In this document: positions 1-9,481 of the stretch, in pieces
How the letters are laid out: every line of letters starts with the position of its first letter
Numbering within the stretch: position 1 is the first letter of the stretch
Virus record (IMG/VR): IMGVR_UViG_3300042892_002922
Span: 222,846 to 286,845 of that record
Source of the DNA: a virus
Taxonomy: Duplodnaviria > Caudoviricetes
Length of the DNA stretch: 64,000 nucleotides
Reading direction: 5' to 3' (one strand)
Notes under the pieces: model-generated
The model's database searches: none
What the model was told of the DNA's origin: nothing
The model's input: the letters and a program-made list of their open reading frames with translations, nothing else
Program-made: the position numbers and the translations under genes

Positions 1-1467
1 TTAAAAGTACAAAGAGTTATTAATAATTCAAAAAAAGTTTTCCTTAAGACACCAATATATTCTATTAAGAGTGTATATAATGTTTTAAAGAACAAAAAAG
101 ATGTTAAGAAGAATTTAGCAAAAATATCTGATAAAGTTTTCTACTCTAAACATCACGACTCACATACATACTATTCATTTTATACATCACCATTTAATGA
201 CGCTGTTGTTTTATCGGTTGATGGTGTTGGTGAAAGTGAAACAATACAAATTGCCACAATCTATAATAATAAGTTATATCAAATACCACACACAGAATAC
301 CCAAACTCATTAGGGTTATTTTATTCTGCTATGACATCTTTCTTAGGGTTTAAACCCAATGAAGGTGAATATAAAGTAATGGGTTTGGCATCTTATGGAA
401 ACCCTAAAAAATATAGACAAAAAATAGATTCATTAATTTCATACAAACAAGGGTTTTTAACTTGCAATATGGATTGTTTTGTTTGGGATAGAAGTGACAA
501 GGTTATGTTCAACCATAATCTATCAAAAAAATTAGGGATTGAAAATAGATTACCAGATGAAAAACTAACAGTACAACATCACGATTTAGCGGCCGCGGTT
601 CAAGAAACCTACGAGGTTATTTTAAGTAAAATACTAGAAGAGATATCAATATTAACTAACACTAGAAATTTATGTCTTAGCGGTGGCTGTGCTTACAACG
701 GATCAGCAAATGGAAAGTTAACAAATAACGGTTGGTTTAAAAATTTATGGATACCTCCAGCACCATCTGATGCAGGATCGGCTATTGGTGCGTGTTTAAA
801 TTATCTGGACACTAATAATAAACTAACAAAAAAGATTGACACAACACCGTTCTTAGGCCCAGAATACACTAATGAGGAATACTTGTCGGTTATCGATGAA
901 GAAATAGTGAGATACAGTGAAATAAGTAGAGAAAAACTATTAAAATTAATTTCTACCGAATTATATAATGGCAAAGTTGTTGGATGGTTCCAAGGTAAAA
1001 TTGAATTTGGTTCTAGAGCATTGGGTAACAGGTCGATACTAGCAAATCCAATGATAATTGGTATGCAAAAGAAGATTAATCGTGTTATAAAGAAGCGAGA
1101 ACTTTTTAGACCATTTGCACCTATGGTGACAAAAGAAAATCAAACAAAATATTTTCTATATGACAAGGATGTGCCATATATGAATCAAGTTGTTAAGGTT
1201 AAAAAGGAATACGTTGGTAAGTTAATAGCAACAACTCACGTTGACGATACAGCTAGAATTCAAACAGTTACAAGTGAAAATAACGTATATGACTTATTAA
1301 TTGAATTTGAAAAGATTAGTGGTGTATCAGTATTATTGAACACATCGTTTAACGTTAAAGATAAAACAATGGTATTAACGCCACAAGATGCTATGGATAC
1401 ATTTTTAGACACGGAAATGGATATCTTAGTATTAGGTAATAACGTAATTTATAAAAAAACAATATGA
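1..1467 (+). CDS. Carbamoyltransferase (NodU/CmcH family), 5'-truncated by window edge
   Basis: Frame 1 is open from base 1 (KHHDSH, VDGVGE motifs upstream of the listed ATG); YKVMGLASYG, LCLSGGCAYN, PAPSDAG, EFGSRALGNRSILA, FRPFAP, LLNTSFN. Confidence 0.92.
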   Translation, partial: LKVQRVINNSKKVFLKTPIYSIKSVYNVLKNKKDVKKNLAKISDKVFYSKHHDSHTYYSFYTSPFNDAVVLSVDGVGESETIQIATIYNNKLYQIPHTEYPNSLGLFYSAMTSFLGFKPNEGEYKVMGLASYGNPKKYRQKIDSLISYKQGFLTCNMDCFVWDRSDKVMFNHNLSKKLGIENRLPDEKLTVQHHDLAAAVQETYEVILSKILEEISILTNTRNLCLSGGCAYNGSANGKLTNNGWFKNLWIPPAPSDAGSAIGACLNYLDTNNKLTKKIDTTPFLGPEYTNEEYLSVIDEEIVRYSEISREKLLKLISTELYNGKVVGWFQGKIEFGSRALGNRSILANPMIIGMQKKINRVIKKRELFRPFAPMVTKENQTKYFLYDKDVPYMNQVVKVKKEYVGKLIATTHVDDTARIQTVTSENNVYDLLIEFEKISGVSVLLNTSFNVKDKTMVLTPQDAMDTFLDTEMDILVLGNNVIYKKTI

Positions 1468-1580
1468 AAAAATTAATTAAATGGTTCTTAGATAAGATTG
1501 AAAGAATCAAAAGAGATCGTAAACTTAAAAAGAAAATTGCTGAGTTAAAGAAGAGAGACCCATTCATTTATAAACACTAA
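1464..1580 (+). CDS. Small basic hypothetical protein (38 aa, MKKLIKWFLDK...KRDPFIYKH)
   Basis: ATGA overlap with the carbamoyltransferase stop; fills the gap; translated by hand. Confidence 0.55.
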   Translation: MKKLIKWFLDKIERIKRDRKLKKKIAELKKRDPFIYKH

Positions 1581-1591
1581 AAACATTACAA

Positions 1592-2713
1592 TTGGAAAAC
1601 AAGGAAATATTAAAAGATTACGTTTGCTTAATGCCATTCTTATCCACCGACGTTCAGCAAGCATCACAATTCGTTTGTTGCCCATCTTGGTGCTTTAAAA
1701 GTTTAAGAGTAGATGAGAATGGCGAAGAAGAAGATTGGGCATCTTACTTTGACACTAGCGCAGACGTAATGAGGAACTGGACATCAACGCCAGCACATGA
1801 CATTAGAAAATCAATGGTTGATGGTTCATACAGACATTGCAATCATGTAGTATGTCCAAGATTAAATCAATTAATCAATGGTAGTGAGACCACGCCATAT
1901 ATGTTTATGAAGAAGGAAGAATTTCAAAAAACCTTTAACATATATAATGAGGACGATTTAAAAAAGTTTGACACGCCACCAGAAGAAATATTGTTTGGGT
2001 TTGATAGAAGTTGCAATCTTAAATGTCCGAGCTGTAGGGTAAACTTAATACCAAATGACAATGTCGAATCTGAGGATTATAAAAATAAATTACATCTACT
2101 AAACTCAATCGAGAAGAATTTTGCTAGTAATTTAAAAAGAATAATGATAACCGGTAGTGGTGATCCGTTCTATTCTAAAATCTATCGCGATTACTTAATA
2201 AATTTTGACAGTAGTAAGTATCCCAAGTTAGAAGCGTTACAGATTATAACCAATGGTAACCTATTAAATGAAAAAATGTGGAACTCAATGAAAGCAACTC
2301 CACACATTAAAATCATTGAGATTAGTATTGACGCCGGAACTAAAGACACATATGAGAACAAAACAAGGTTAAATGGTAAATGGGATGTGTTAATGGAAAA
2401 TCTACGTTTTTTAAGTACCCAGAATCACATTATTGAGGAATTTGTGTTATCAATGGTGGTTAGTAAACACAATTATAAAGAAATGTATACGTTCTATGAA
2501 TTGATAACTGACATATTTAAAAATTCAAATTTTAAATGGGGACTATCAATCAACTACAGACAATTGGTTGACTGGGGCACATTTTCAAAAGAAACGTTAG
2601 AAGAATTACAGGTCTTTAACACAGAACACCCTGAATATCAAGATTTTATGTCTGAATTAAAAAAGATACACAACCAACCGTTTGTTAATCATAATTTCAA
2701 CCATCTTCTATAG
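1592..2713 (+). CDS. Radical SAM protein with N-terminal twitch/SPASM-like Cys domain
   Basis: CNLKCPSC (CxxxCxxC), ITGSGDPF, SIDAG; N-terminal CLMPF...CCPSWC...CNHVVCP; TTG start. Confidence 0.85.
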   Translation: MENKEILKDYVCLMPFLSTDVQQASQFVCCPSWCFKSLRVDENGEEEDWASYFDTSADVMRNWTSTPAHDIRKSMVDGSYRHCNHVVCPRLNQLINGSETTPYMFMKKEEFQKTFNIYNEDDLKKFDTPPEEILFGFDRSCNLKCPSCRVNLIPNDNVESEDYKNKLHLLNSIEKNFASNLKRIMITGSGDPFYSKIYRDYLINFDSSKYPKLEALQIITNGNLLNEKMWNSMKATPHIKIIEISIDAGTKDTYENKTRLNGKWDVLMENLRFLSTQNHIIEEFVLSMVVSKHNYKEMYTFYELITDIFKNSNFKWGLSINYRQLVDWGTFSKETLEELQVFNTEHPEYQDFMSELKKIHNQPFVNHNFNHLL

Positions 2714-2745
2714 GTTTTTTGACTTTTTTTAGTTATATTAGTAAT

Positions 2746-3180
2746 ATGATATACTGGTTAACAGGCCAACCCGGCGCAGGAAAAACAACCTTAGCAAAAT
2801 ACTTAGTGGAATACTTTCCGAAAGATGAGGTTACTCACATCGATGGGGATGACTTAAGGGACATCTTTAAAAACAAGGACTATTCCATAACAGGTAGAAG
2901 ATTAAACATCCAAAGAGCACAATACATTGCACAATTTATGCATAGTAAGGGACATAATGTTATTGTGTCCTTAGTTTCACCATATAGAGACCAAAGAGAA
3001 GAATTTAAATTTAGTACATCGGTTGTCGAGATTTATGTACATACCACAGAAGATAGAGGTAGAAACCAATTCCATGTTGAGGAATATGAACCACCATTAG
3101 AAAATTTTATAGACATAGATACAACAATAAAAAACGAAACAGATTCGTATTTTGAACTATTAAAAAAATTATCATTATGA
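2746..3180 (+). CDS. cysC: Adenylyl-sulfate (APS) kinase
   Basis: WLTGQPGAGKTT P-loop, IDGDDLR, VSLVSPY, YEPP; start moved to ATG 2746 (ORF track starts at 2719). Confidence 0.85.
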   Translation: MIYWLTGQPGAGKTTLAKYLVEYFPKDEVTHIDGDDLRDIFKNKDYSITGRRLNIQRAQYIAQFMHSKGHNVIVSLVSPYRDQREEFKFSTSVVEIYVHTTEDRGRNQFHVEEYEPPLENFIDIDTTIKNETDSYFELLKKLSL

Positions 3181-3692
3181 TGACAAATGGTATTATCATT
3201 GACAATTTTTTAGACAATGTTGATGAAATAAGAGAGGAAGCGTTGTTATTAGATTATACTAAATCATTACCTGAAAGTGAAGGTTGGAAAGGGTTTAGGT
3301 GTTTAAATGGAAACATGTTGACACTTGATTTACATGAAAAGATTAAAGAAAAGTTAGTTGAAACTAATATAAAATTTGATAATTGTGATATGAGGTGTTT
3401 TTTTCATTATACATTGGAAGAACATAATGTAGGTAAAAAAAACACACATCGTGATTATGGTTTTGATTATGCTGGGGTTTTATACCTAGCACCAAACCCA
3501 CAAAAAAATTCAGGTACGTCTTTTTATAATGATTTAGGTGAAGAAACCGGTTACTTGGAAAACGTTTATAATAGATTAGTAATTTATCCAGCGAATGAGT
3601 TACACTCTTTAAAAGAATCTTTTGGTAACGATATTAATAATGGTAGATTAACTTTCACGTTTTTTTGTAAATTAAAAAATAACAATATATGA
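3177..3692 (+). CDS. 2OG-Fe(II) oxygenase-like protein
   Basis: IIDNF start, HRD, AGVLYL, GTSFY, NRLVIYPANELHS, GRLT. Confidence 0.7.
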   Translation: MMTNGIIIDNFLDNVDEIREEALLLDYTKSLPESEGWKGFRCLNGNMLTLDLHEKIKEKLVETNIKFDNCDMRCFFHYTLEEHNVGKKNTHRDYGFDYAGVLYLAPNPQKNSGTSFYNDLGEETGYLENVYNRLVIYPANELHSLKESFGNDINNGRLTFTFFCKLKNNNI

Positions 3693-4069
3693 GTAAGAAA
3701 TATGCAATGTACATCGGTAGGTGGCAAAATTGGCATAAAGGTCACGAATGGTTGATCCGTCAACAAATGGACCAAGGTAAGAACATATGGGTAGCTATTA
3801 GGGATGTTGAAGTTGACGAGAACAACCCTAAAACAGCTCAAGAGGTTTTTCAAATGTTAATCCAGGAGCCCTTTTTTAACGAGAATTTTGATAAGATTTT
3901 ACTATCAATTATCCCAGATATCGAATCGGTTAATTACGGTAGAGGTGTTGGTTACGATGTAATTTATCATGAGCCACCGGCGGATGTTGCGGTAATAAGT
4001 GGAACTGCGATTAGAACTGGACATATGACCGCTGATGGTTCAATAAAATATGACCAAACAAAAGGATAA
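3689..4069 (+). CDS. Minimal HxGH nucleotidyltransferase (cytidylyltransferase-like fold)
   Basis: IGRWQNWHKGH and C-terminal ISGTAIR motifs. Confidence 0.75.
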   Translation: MSKKYAMYIGRWQNWHKGHEWLIRQQMDQGKNIWVAIRDVEVDENNPKTAQEVFQMLIQEPFFNENFDKILLSIIPDIESVNYGRGVGYDVIYHEPPADVAVISGTAIRTGHMTADGSIKYDQTKG

Positions 4070-4284
4070 TGATTGTAGAACGTAAACGACATATTGCGAA
4101 AACAATATCCTATCGCATTATAAGCACTATAATAGGTTTCCTTATAATGTGGTGGGTTAGTGGATCAATTAAGATTGGCGCGACCTTTGGTGTGGCTGAA
4201 TTGGTGTACAAACCTATTCAATATTACCTACACGAAAGGATTTGGTATAGATGGATAAAGTTCGGGGTAAAAGATAAAAAATAA
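4069..4284 (+). CDS. DUF2061-like small membrane protein
   Basis: RHIAKTISYRII...YYLHERIW pattern with two hydrophobic segments. Confidence 0.7.
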   Translation: MIVERKRHIAKTISYRIISTIIGFLIMWWVSGSIKIGATFGVAELVYKPIQYYLHERIWYRWIKFGVKDKK

Positions 4285-4285
4285 G

Positions 4286-4292
4286 TATTTAT
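4286..4292 (+). promoter_or_regulatory. TATTTAT motif, candidate phage late promoter
   Basis: Intergenic, 16 nt before ATG 4309; same heptamer before several other unit-leading genes. Confidence 0.4.
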
Positions 4293-4308
4293 ATATAAAT
4301 TAGAAAAT

Positions 4309-5796
4309 ATGAGAACAGTATTGATAGGATCAGATTTTATGTACGATAAGGATGGTAATTTAAGACCCATCGAAATAAACACTGCGGTTGGTTGGGATGG
4401 TCCCGAAAAAGTGGAAGACGATGCAGATTGTTTGGATTTAACAAGTTTATATCAATTTGTTGAGGATAATAATTTCCAAACGATACATTATGTTGGTGAT
4501 ATTGGTCCATTACACGTGACATTAATGACACATTATAGCGGAAGTTCTGTTACATATGAATTTCATGGGGTTGGAGCTACTTCCATTACAGTTCCATACA
4601 TAGAAGATACTGAAACGACTTTAATTATTAGGAGTGCATATGACACAACAGCACTAGTGGATGACACATATTGTAAGGATAAAATAGAGTTCATGAATCT
4701 AATTAAAGATTCTTCTTTTGGCTCCCAATTTGCGTACATTGACGAAAATAACACATTGGTGTCAAATATCACATCTATAAATGATAACGGCGAACACCCT
4801 AATTTTATTTTAAAATCTAGATTTCCAGGTTATGACAAGTTAATTTATCCAAAATTTTTTAAAGTTACAACTCAATCTGAATTAGACACTATAATAGCAA
4901 ATAATGTTACAAGTGAGTATTTTTTAATGGAGTACCTATGTAACGTCAATAAACTATGGGAAGGGCATTTAACGGTTATAAGAAGTTTAAACATTTTAGT
5001 CCCACCAAATTTAGAATCAATTCAAATTGGCCAATATACAAAATTGAATCAAAATATGTTACTAGATAATGTGACATATGATTCAATCACATTTGAAGTA
5101 TATTCAGATTTCAAAGAGAGTTATAGTACAAACCCACCTACCGGTTTTCAACCTAAATTATTGAATACTGATATGGTAGAAATGGCAGATGGGACATTAA
5201 AAACTGCATTGGATTTACAAATTGGGGACGTTATTAAAACAATTGAAATACCAAATGAAAAGGGAACTAGTATAGATAGTTACGTATCCTCCGAATTTGG
5301 GCTTACGTACGATACGTTGGTAAGTGATGCAATATATACAACTAATGTCGTAACCAAAAAACAAAAAGTAAACACCTTAACTTTTATAAATGAATTAACA
5401 TTTGAAGATGCTAGTACCTGGGAAGATACTATGGGCTCAAAGTATTTGATAGACAGAGAAGGTGTGGTTATGTTTAAATCATTATGGGGGATATTTCCAG
5501 GAGATGTGGTTATATTATTAGATACTACTGATGATAATATAAATTTTGTAAGAAAAACAGTTACATCAAATATTCAAGTTAAGAGAGTGTTCTCTGGTTG
5601 GTTTATTTCAGTTGATACCGCTATGTTATTTTTAACTAAAACAGCCGGGTCAACCAATAACGAATCATATGTTTCAATTGAACATAACCTTATATCTTGT
5701 CCCAATTGGACATGTACAAACGTTTGCTGGTCCGTCTGTCCATCATGTCCGAAGTATATGTCTTGTCAATCTAATTACTGTTTTCCAGTATGTTAA
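4309..5796 (+). CDS. Circularly permuted ATP-grasp-like domain + Hint domain + 35-aa Cys-rich tail
   Basis: N-terminal GSDFMYDKDGNLRPIEINT, FILKSRFPG, FLMEY; Hint block A-like LNTDMVEMADGTLKTALDLQIGDVI; terminal EHN followed by an 8-Cys peptide. Confidence 0.6.
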   Translation: MRTVLIGSDFMYDKDGNLRPIEINTAVGWDGPEKVEDDADCLDLTSLYQFVEDNNFQTIHYVGDIGPLHVTLMTHYSGSSVTYEFHGVGATSITVPYIEDTETTLIIRSAYDTTALVDDTYCKDKIEFMNLIKDSSFGSQFAYIDENNTLVSNITSINDNGEHPNFILKSRFPGYDKLIYPKFFKVTTQSELDTIIANNVTSEYFLMEYLCNVNKLWEGHLTVIRSLNILVPPNLESIQIGQYTKLNQNMLLDNVTYDSITFEVYSDFKESYSTNPPTGFQPKLLNTDMVEMADGTLKTALDLQIGDVIKTIEIPNEKGTSIDSYVSSEFGLTYDTLVSDAIYTTNVVTKKQKVNTLTFINELTFEDASTWEDTMGSKYLIDREGVVMFKSLWGIFPGDVVILLDTTDDNINFVRKTVTSNIQVKRVFSGWFISVDTAMLFLTKTAGSTNNESYVSIEHNLISCPNWTCTNVCWSVCPSCPKYMSCQSNYCFPVC

Positions 5797-5825
5797 TAAC
5801 CTTCTTAAATAAATTTAAATAAAAA

Positions 5826-5915
5826 ATGGCAACAATTATATCAAATACAGACATCAATACTTTAAACACCACAATTACAACAATAGGTAGTTTAATTGTA
5901 ACAGCAAACAGTTAG
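5826..5915 (+). CDS. 29-aa Thr/Ile/Asn-rich small ORF (MATIISNTDINTLNTTITTIGSLIVTANS)
   Basis: A-rich initiation context (taaataaaaaATG); fills the gap; translated by hand. Confidence 0.4.
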   Translation: MATIISNTDINTLNTTITTIGSLIVTANS

Positions 5916-5938
5916 TATAAAATCTAATAAGTTATTTT

Positions 5939-6472
5939 ATGATACATTTCATACCAAATATTCTTACTAAGGATGAGTGTGAATACTTAACGAATCAATT
6001 TGATTTCGAAAGAAAATATCAAATCTCGGTGGATAATGAATATACTGGCACCAATATATCATATGGGTTTGCCCCTTCATTTGCGTTTAATACCTATTTA
6101 AATAAATTAAAATCAAAAGTGTTAGAATATAACAATAATTTTGATGATTTATTCAATGTAAACACATTTGTTAGGGAATATATGAACACCTCAATGTTAA
6201 AAAAACATTTAGATAGAAAAGACATTAGTGTTACTATGTCTATATGTTTAGAATCCACAATAAATAAAGAATGGCCGTTATGTGCGGAAATCGGAAATAA
6301 GGAATATTGTTTCAACACAAATATTGGTGACGGTATTTTATTATTTGATGCGGATAAAATCACACATTGGAGGGAACCCTTAATATGTCTGGAGAAAGAA
6401 AGAGTTGTCCAATTTTTTTTACATTGGAAACCTTCTGATTACGTCGCAAAAAAAACAAAATCATTATTATAA
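5939..6472 (+). CDS. 2OG-Fe(II) oxygenase
   Basis: LKKHLDR (HxD), GDGILF, HWREP, QFFLHW. Confidence 0.75.
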   Translation: MIHFIPNILTKDECEYLTNQFDFERKYQISVDNEYTGTNISYGFAPSFAFNTYLNKLKSKVLEYNNNFDDLFNVNTFVREYMNTSMLKKHLDRKDISVTMSICLESTINKEWPLCAEIGNKEYCFNTNIGDGILLFDADKITHWREPLICLEKERVVQFFLHWKPSDYVAKKTKSLL

Positions 6473-6483
6473 AAAAATAAATT

Positions 6484-7068
6484 ATGCCATTTACATATAC
6501 AATAGAGTCAACCTTTTTAACAAAAGAAGAATGTGATTTAATATTAGATTTTTCATTAAAAGAATTAAAATTAGTACCATCGGAAATTCTTACCAATTAC
6601 ACCGATGGTGGCGACGTTAATACCGATATTAGAAAATCAAATCAAGTATTTTACCCCTATTATAAAAAATTTCCATTTTTATTAGAAAAAATGAGTAAAT
6701 TATTAAATCAACATATTTTTGTTAAAGGGTTCGATTTAGATTTTAAAGAAAGTCAATTTCAGTTTACTGAGTATCATCCAGGCGGACATTTTGGCTGGCA
6801 TAGAGATGCTCATGGAAAAAAAATAACGGATTATGACAGGTATTGTTCATTAGTGATACAACTAAATGATGAGTATGGAGAGGGTGATTTACAAATAAAA
6901 GATGATCAGAATGGGACCCTAACAGTTGAAAAGGGTACAGGAAATTTGATATTATTTTTATCAAATATTGAACATAGAGTAGTGCCAGTAAAAAGTGGGA
7001 TTAGATATACACTAGTTAATTGGGTGAAATTAAAACAAAAAAAAGATTATAAAAAAACACTTTTATAG
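6484..7068 (+). CDS. 2OG-Fe(II) oxygenase (P4H/PKHD-like)
   Basis: FGWHRD, SLVIQL, GDLQI, HRVVPVKSGIRYTLVNW. Confidence 0.85.
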   Translation: MPFTYTIESTFLTKEECDLILDFSLKELKLVPSEILTNYTDGGDVNTDIRKSNQVFYPYYKKFPFLLEKMSKLLNQHIFVKGFDLDFKESQFQFTEYHPGGHFGWHRDAHGKKITDYDRYCSLVIQLNDEYGEGDLQIKDDQNGTLTVEKGTGNLILFLSNIEHRVVPVKSGIRYTLVNWVKLKQKKDYKKTLL

Positions 7069-7069
7069 T

Positions 7070-7387
7070 ATGAAAATAAATTTTAAAGAAATATTAAATG
7101 CGTGGTATAATGTTATAAATCACACACCAGAACAAAAGGAATTAGCAGATAAAAGATTCGCAATATGTTTAGAATGCCCCTCTAAAATAGAAATTTTAAA
7201 ATACAAGAAATGGCTTTTTAAATGTAAAGAATGTGGTTGCCCTTTAGGCGCAAAAGTTTACACTGAAACAACATATCTTACTAAAGACAAATCTTGTCCA
7301 CTTGATAAATGGAAAGAAGTTGAAATGGAATTTATGAGTAAACATAGTGACACGATTAAATATAAAACTAAAAAAACATTTCTTTAG
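7070..7387 (+). CDS. Small Cys-rich, probably metal-binding protein
   Basis: CLECP...CKECGCPL...CPLDKW. Confidence 0.65.
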   Translation: MKINFKEILNAWYNVINHTPEQKELADKRFAICLECPSKIEILKYKKWLFKCKECGCPLGAKVYTETTYLTKDKSCPLDKWKEVEMEFMSKHSDTIKYKTKKTFL

Positions 7388-7389
7388 TT

Positions 7390-8079
7390 ATGGGTTATTT
7401 AATAAACGATGACCTTTTATGGGTGATCACCCCTAAATGTGCTAGCGACTCAATAGAAACTGCATTATTAAACTCAAGTTTAAATTTAAAAAAATATAGC
7501 GAACACTTCGAACAACATACCCATATGCATATACCACTAAACGAGTGCTTAACTAAGTTTGGTAAAAAAGAAACAATATGTATCACTAGAGATTGGTTTG
7601 AAAAATGGTTAAGTTCATTAAATTTTATTTGGGATTATATAGAATTATATAGTGAATATGAACCAGTATGTAAATGGGAGGACATCAATAATAATGTTAT
7701 TTATGAGATATTTGATAGCGAATTTGTAAATAAACTTTACTCATTAAATCATACCTCTAATGAAGAATGTTTTTTGAAATTATTAAAAAGGAACACCGAA
7801 GATATTATAAACGTACCCAAAGAAATTTATGGAATAATAATAACTCTAATATCTGAACGCTATTGGAAAAGTAATGTAAAATGCACATATGAATTTGATA
7901 TTAAAAAATTAGACGATTTTGTCAATTTCATTGAAAATAGGTTTGGTGAAAAATTAATAATAGAAAAGAAAAACGTATCTACAAAAAGACCAAATAAATT
8001 AATAGTAAATAATGAATTGAAATCTTTTGTTTGGGAAAAATTTGAAAAAATATTTGAAAAAAGAAATCAATTAATTTAA
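7390..8079 (+). CDS. Sulfotransferase-fold-like protein
   Basis: VITPKCASDSI resembles the 5'-PSB loop; downstream ITRDWFEKWLS resembles the 3'-PB R..S motif. Confidence 0.5.
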   Translation: MGYLINDDLLWVITPKCASDSIETALLNSSLNLKKYSEHFEQHTHMHIPLNECLTKFGKKETICITRDWFEKWLSSLNFIWDYIELYSEYEPVCKWEDINNNVIYEIFDSEFVNKLYSLNHTSNEECFLKLLKRNTEDIINVPKEIYGIIITLISERYWKSNVKCTYEFDIKKLDDFVNFIENRFGEKLIIEKKNVSTKRPNKLIVNNELKSFVWEKFEKIFEKRNQLI

Positions 8080-8080
8080 T

Positions 8081-8749
8081 ATGGCAACTATTTGGACATT
8101 TGGGGATTCATTTACTTCTGGAGACGGGTGTGTAGAAAACCTAAGAATTAGAGACGGTGATTTTAGATATTATAACGAATATAAAAAACTAGGCAGTGAT
8201 ATATGGCCTAATTTATTAGGTAAAACTTTAGGATATGACGTAAAAAATCTAGGAAAAAGCGGTGCAAGTAATGACTATATTTTAGATTCTATTATTGATA
8301 ATTTTAACATGATAGAACCAAATGATGTGGTGATAATTGAAAAAACATTTTACCAAAGATTTGATATACCTAAATCAACGGGTGATGGGTTTCAAACAAT
8401 TTATGCTGAAGGACTTTATCAACTTTCTATTGATTTAAAAATGGAAAGATATTTTTGTGAAGATAAATTAGAAATTGAAACGGTATTAAATTATGGTGTT
8501 TTATTTTCCGACAATAAATTATTTAAAGAAAGACAAGATAAACGATTTGAATTTATACAAGCACAATTAAATAATAAAACAGATAAAATATTAATATGGG
8601 ATGTTTTAGATTTTTTAGACGGTAAAATTGAAACAATAGGTCAACACACTGAGGGTAATATAAAAGATTATCATTTTAGTTTTAATGGTCATAAAAGATT
8701 TAGCGAATTTCTATATAAAAAATTATATATTAAACCCTCATTAGTTTAA
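8081..8749 (+). CDS. SGNH/GDSL-like hydrolase or acyltransferase
   Basis: FGDSFT, NLGKSGASND, DYHFSFNGH. Confidence 0.7.
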   Translation: MATIWTFGDSFTSGDGCVENLRIRDGDFRYYNEYKKLGSDIWPNLLGKTLGYDVKNLGKSGASNDYILDSIIDNFNMIEPNDVVIIEKTFYQRFDIPKSTGDGFQTIYAEGLYQLSIDLKMERYFCEDKLEIETVLNYGVLFSDNKLFKERQDKRFEFIQAQLNNKTDKILIWDVLDFLDGKIETIGQHTEGNIKDYHFSFNGHKRFSEFLYKKLYIKPSLV

Positions 8750-9481
8750 ATGTTAGTCGATAAAAAATTTATTTTTATAAGTTTACCAAGATGCGCATCA
8801 ACATCATTTATGATTAGGTGTGTTAAAAACAAAATACCAATAGAGCATTTCAACTCAAACCATGATAATCAGTTGATTAAAATCAATGAATGGGAAAAAA
8901 TGGGTAATGAAGAATTGGCGGATAGATTAGTACATGCGCACGAACCATTACATATGTTACAAGAAAAATTTGGGACGAACAACCAAATTATTTCAATAAA
9001 ACGAAATAAGTACGATAGATTTTTATCTTTATGGAAACACATCATAGACGAATTACACAGAATTAACAAACTTGATATTGCTGACATCTTTTCAAAATTA
9101 ACAACTAATGATCTGTTTGTTAATATTAAACCAAATGACATTTATAATTCGGAAAATAGAATTAAAGTTATTGATAATTTTTTATCTAGGTTAGAAATTT
9201 CAAAAGAAGAATCTTACACTAAAAATATGTTAGATATATTGTTTATGCCAGTAGTTGAACTTACAAATAACGACCCAAATATTATCTGGTTTGATATTAA
9301 CAGTTTGAGAGATTTAGAAAATTGGGTGTCAAAAAAACTAAATAGAGATTTTAAAATGGAAAAAATAAATTCAAGTAAACATTTTAATTCAGTAATGGAG
9401 AACGATGATAATTTTAAACAGAAATATGATAATCTTTATAAAGAATTTGACCAAAGAAAAACAACTAAAACATTATTGTAA
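8750..9481 (+). CDS. Sulfotransferase family 2-like protein
   Basis: FISLPRCASTS; RNKYDRFLSLW (R.P..R..S-like). Confidence 0.6.
   Translation: MLVDKKFIFISLPRCASTSFMIRCVKNKIPIEHFNSNHDNQLIKINEWEKMGNEELADRLVHAHEPLHMLQEKFGTNNQIISIKRNKYDRFLSLWKHIIDELHRINKLDIADIFSKLTTNDLFVNIKPNDIYNSENRIKVIDNFLSRLEISKEESYTKNMLDILFMPVVELTNNDPNIIWFDINSLRDLENWVSKKLNRDFKMEKINSSKHFNSVMENDDNFKQKYDNLYKEFDQRKTTKTLL

Noticed and set aside
5155-5691. Classical splicing intein
   Set aside because: No N-terminal Cys/Ser in block A, no obvious TxxH, and the +1 residue is Leu; kept only as a cleavage-type Hint hypothesis
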